The notes below the pieces were generated by a model. It was not told where the DNA came from. It was given only the letters and a program-made list of their open reading frames with translations, and did not search any database. Shown piece after piece: positions 60,661 to 64,000 of a stretch of DNA of 64,000 bases. Made by a program: the position numbers and the translations under genes. This DNA is from Chiloscyllium plagiosum (taxonomy: Eukaryota): assembly GCF_004010195.1 (NCBI RefSeq), contig NC_057723.1, positions 66,707,055-66,771,054 on the forward strand, given 5' to 3'. Numbering within the stretch: position 1 is the stretch's first letter; each line of letters starts with the position of its first letter.

Positions 60661-61159
60661 CTCCCTATGACCTTTTCACAACAAACTTCCAATAACACCA
60701 TAATGCATAAAAATAGAGAAGCCGAAAATATAAACTTTGAAATTTCATTCTCAAATTACTTTGGTCTATCTATTGAACAAATTTAAATAAAGAATCTAGA
60801 ATCACTTGAGATGCAGAATGTGATTATATAATTGTTTGTCTTTCATTTACAGTTTCATTTATTCATACTGGCTATTGATCAACAAAAACTCAGGCCAGTG
60901 ATTGTCCAGCTTGGAAACCATTTACTCGATGATGAAGTTAACCTCATTAAACTTATATAAAAAAACATAAAATTAACTTCAAAACATCTACCAATAGTAT
61001 TTTATGAAAGACTTTTTTCCTTAATTAATTCACACACTTTAATGTTTGGAATAAAACTCGCTTTAGTGTGAATATGTGTATGGAGGTTTCCTTGATATAA
61101 GTGGGAGGTGAACTGATTTCTGTAGTTTGAAAATGTGACTCATTTGGATAGACTTTTAT

Positions 61160-61626
61160 GAATCATAAAATCCTTAGAGTGTGGAAACAGGCCCTTCAGC
61201 CCAACAAGTCCACACCAACCCTCCGAAGAGTAACCCACCCAGACCCATCCCCTACCCTATTACTCTACATTCATCCTGACTAATGCACCCATCCTATATA
61301 GAGGAACCTTGATTATCCAAATGACACGAGCAGCAAGTATTTAGTTCGGATAATCGAATGTCCAGATAACACAGTTTAGCCAAGCATTGGGACCTTGTGA
61401 TCTTGTTGAGATAATCAAGGTTCTTCTGTACATCCCTGAATACTATGGGCAACTTTGCATGGCCAGTTCACCTAACCTGCACATCTTTGTATTGTGGGAG
61501 GAAACCTGCACAGATACGGGGAGAACGTGCAAACTCCATACAGACAGTCACCCAAGGTGGGAATTGAACCTGGATCCCTGGTGCTGTGAGGCAGCAGTTC
61601 TAACCATTGAGCCACCATGCCACCCC
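61160..61626 (-). mobile_element. HE1-type SINE interrupted by a MITE
   Basis: Two SINE halves flank 61299-61428. Confidence 0.8.
61299..61428. mobile_element. Tc1/mariner (pogo/Tigger-like) MITE
   Basis: TIRs (T)AGAGGAACCTTGATTATC and GATAATCAAGGTTCTTCTG with TA flanks; same family as 52307-52426. Confidence 0.72.
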
Positions 61627-62228
61627 AAAGTGTTTGAGAGTGAAATATCAGAGTAAAGCTTCCCCCGTTCTCCATGGTTAGCTGCTACTCAGTTGATTGC
61701 ACCCCTCTGTCTCTGAGGAGTCACACATTTGTGAGCACAAAAGTCAACACTAAATTGCCCATAGTGTTAGGTTAAAAAAAAAGTGGTACTGAGGGGCGCT
61801 GCCTTTTGGCAAGTCTGCTCTGTCAGATGAATGTGAAAGCTTTCATGATACAATTTGAGGAGGAGCAGGGGAGTTCTCCCATGTGTGCCAGCTAATACTT
61901 ATTCCTCAACACTGAGCAGAGAGAATGGTCATGATCACATTGCTGTTTGTGGGAGCTTGCTGTGCACAAACTGACTGCCGTGACTCTTTTAACTGAATTC
62001 AGCACCTGCATTCCAGAAGTGACCTGTCGATCGTGAAGCTTTCTGATATTTCTGAAAATTGCTCCACAAATCAGATCCCTTCTTGTTGTAAATAGACACA
62101 GTTGGATACGCTGATTTGCTACAACTTCACAGAAAACACCAAAAAACAGAAACATGTCATGACCAATTTCACCAGTTATTCTGAGGCTATGTGGCAGGGA
62201 AATGGAGAGACATTCAACATATTTGAAA

Positions 62229-62553
62229 GGGCGGCATGGTGGCACAGTGGTTAGCACTGCTGCCTCACAGCGCCAGAGACCCGGGTTCAATTCCTGACTC
62301 AGGAGACTGACTGTGTGGAGTTTGCACATTCTCCCCGTGTCTGCGTGGGTTTCCTCCGGGTGCTCTGGTTTCTTCCCACAGCCCAAAGATGTGCAGGTCA
62401 GGTGAATTAGCTATGCTAAATTGCCCATAGTGTTAGGTTAAAAAAAAAGGGGTAAATTTAGGGGTATGGGTGGGTTGCGCTTCGGCGGGTCGGTGTGGAC
62501 TTGTTGGGTCGAAGGGCCTGTTTCCACACTGTAAGTAATCTAATCTAATCTAA
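62229..62553 (+). mobile_element. HE1-type SINE, full length
   Basis: GGGCGGCATGGTGGCACAGTGGTTAGC...GTAAGTAATCTAATCTAATC. Confidence 0.88.
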
Positions 62554-63554
62554 TATTTGTGGGGAAAAGGAGTAAGCATGATAAAATCCTCAGGTATTCC
62601 AGAGAAAACAGCAGCAGGAGGTTGAGAAGGATAAGGTGGGATATAACATCAATTATTCAGGAAAATATATAAACTGAAACTATTAAACTTTCAGATTTCA
62701 ATCTCAAACCGCTTTACTGAATCCATCAAATAAATTTGAACAAAGATAGAATCTGGAATCATTTGAGTTGTGGAATGTTAATGTAGAATTGTTTATCTTT
62801 AATTTACAGTTCCATTTATTCAGACCAGTTATTAATCAACAAAAACTCAGACCAGTGATTCTTTCAGCATGGAACTTAGTAAGTACAGTTAAAGTTAACT
62901 TCACAAAGTCACTGATAGTATTTTATTAAGAGGTCCATGAGGCTTAATTAGTTCATTCATTATTATATTTCACTTCTTATAATAAACTCTGACTTGCAGC
63001 CAAATTCTGTGTGCAACCATCTATATTGTTATTTGAGCAAGACTGATTCCTTTAGTTAGAATCTGTCACTTGTATAGATAAACTCGATAATGAAGTTGTA
63101 ATTCAAGCAGAATAATTATTGCCCCTCTCCCCTTTATTACATGACATCAACACAATGATAGGCTCTTTGTTATAACACTGTAACAGCATCTCTGTAATGA
63201 ATAGAATAACAGTACAGAAATAGGGTCTCTGTAACAAACACAACAGAGTCTCAGCTTCTGCAAAGCTTTACCACATTCTTGTGGAGCTTTGACCAGTAAA
63301 AATGTTGCCGACAGAGGCTTGGGTCTACCAACATGCCCCATCTTCAGAACTTTGTGACTTTGCCTCAGTACCTCAGCTGCACCACTGCCTGGTGTATCAT
63401 TGTCCCCTCTTTGTTTACAGATCTGTGAGAGCATCTCCATTCCTCAGCAGTACCTCATGTCTAATTGTAGTAGTGTTCAGAGACCGCTTCTGACTCATCT
63501 TCAGTCTGAGCTAGGGCTTTTAACAGTGGAGCAGTGTTTTTAGCTGCTATTTAT

Positions 63555-64000
63555 TTATTTATCCTATTTATGACCTTCCTGACTCCAAATATAACTGCCA
63601 AACCTTCCTTCTCTATCTGAGTGCATTTACGCTCTGCATCAGCCAAAGTCCTGGATGCGTACACTATTAGGTACAGTATTTCTCTCCATTGGGCCACCCC
63701 TGGGCTAATACTATTCCCATGCTGTAGGGGGAGACATCGCATGTTAATACCACATCTTGCTTGGGATCAAAGTGTGCCAACACCTTTGAGATGATAACTG
63801 TTTCTTCACTTCCCTAAAAGCTATGGCTTGGCTACACAACCATTTCCAAGGCTGACCTTTTTTTAAGAGTTGATGCAAAAATGTCAGGATGGAGGCCAGG
63901 ATATGTATGAACTTTCAGTAATAATTCATCAACCCAAGGAAAGACCTAAGTTCTGGTACATACGTGGGTGCTGGGTCAACTTTGATCACCTTTACTTTAT
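63555..64000 (-). mobile_element. Ty3/Gypsy RT-RNase H fragment
   Basis: YASRTLADAERKCTQIEKEGLAVIFGVRK; VLAHFDPKQ; ELRSFLGLMNYY. Confidence 0.75.

Noticed and set aside
62229-62310. tRNA genes at SINE heads
   Set aside because: The A/B-box-like heads run directly into the SINE body and tail and do not form a full cloverleaf.

Overview
Eukaryotic, repeat-rich DNA from a cartilaginous fish (shark-type), inferred from HE1/V-SINE copies, CR1/HER1 LINEs and Penelope-like fragments. Genes read from the sequence: (1) the first coding exon and CpG-island promoter of FBXW11 (beta-TrCP2) on the minus strand at about 7.9 kb; (2) two complete, intact 11-exon nucleophosmin (NPM1) genes arranged head-to-head. 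Copy A is on the minus strand (28847-36796, 310 aa) and copy B on the plus strand (39734-50285, 305 aa). They have diverged in protein sequence, intronic TE content and core-promoter type (TOP/TCT-like in A, Inr plus E-boxes in B). No FGF18 exon, the usual NPM1 neighbour, is visible. A 5.3-kb deleted class I (gamma/epsilon-like) endogenous retrovirus with paired LTRs and a GGTA target-site duplication lies about 1.2 kb upstream of the FBXW11 ATG. Many short Penelope-derived fold-back insertions carry minimal type I hammerhead ribozyme motifs and 11-16 bp TSDs. The rest is decayed LINE, SINE, Gypsy and MITE sequence plus four assembly gaps. All identities and counts were read by eye; no searches were run.
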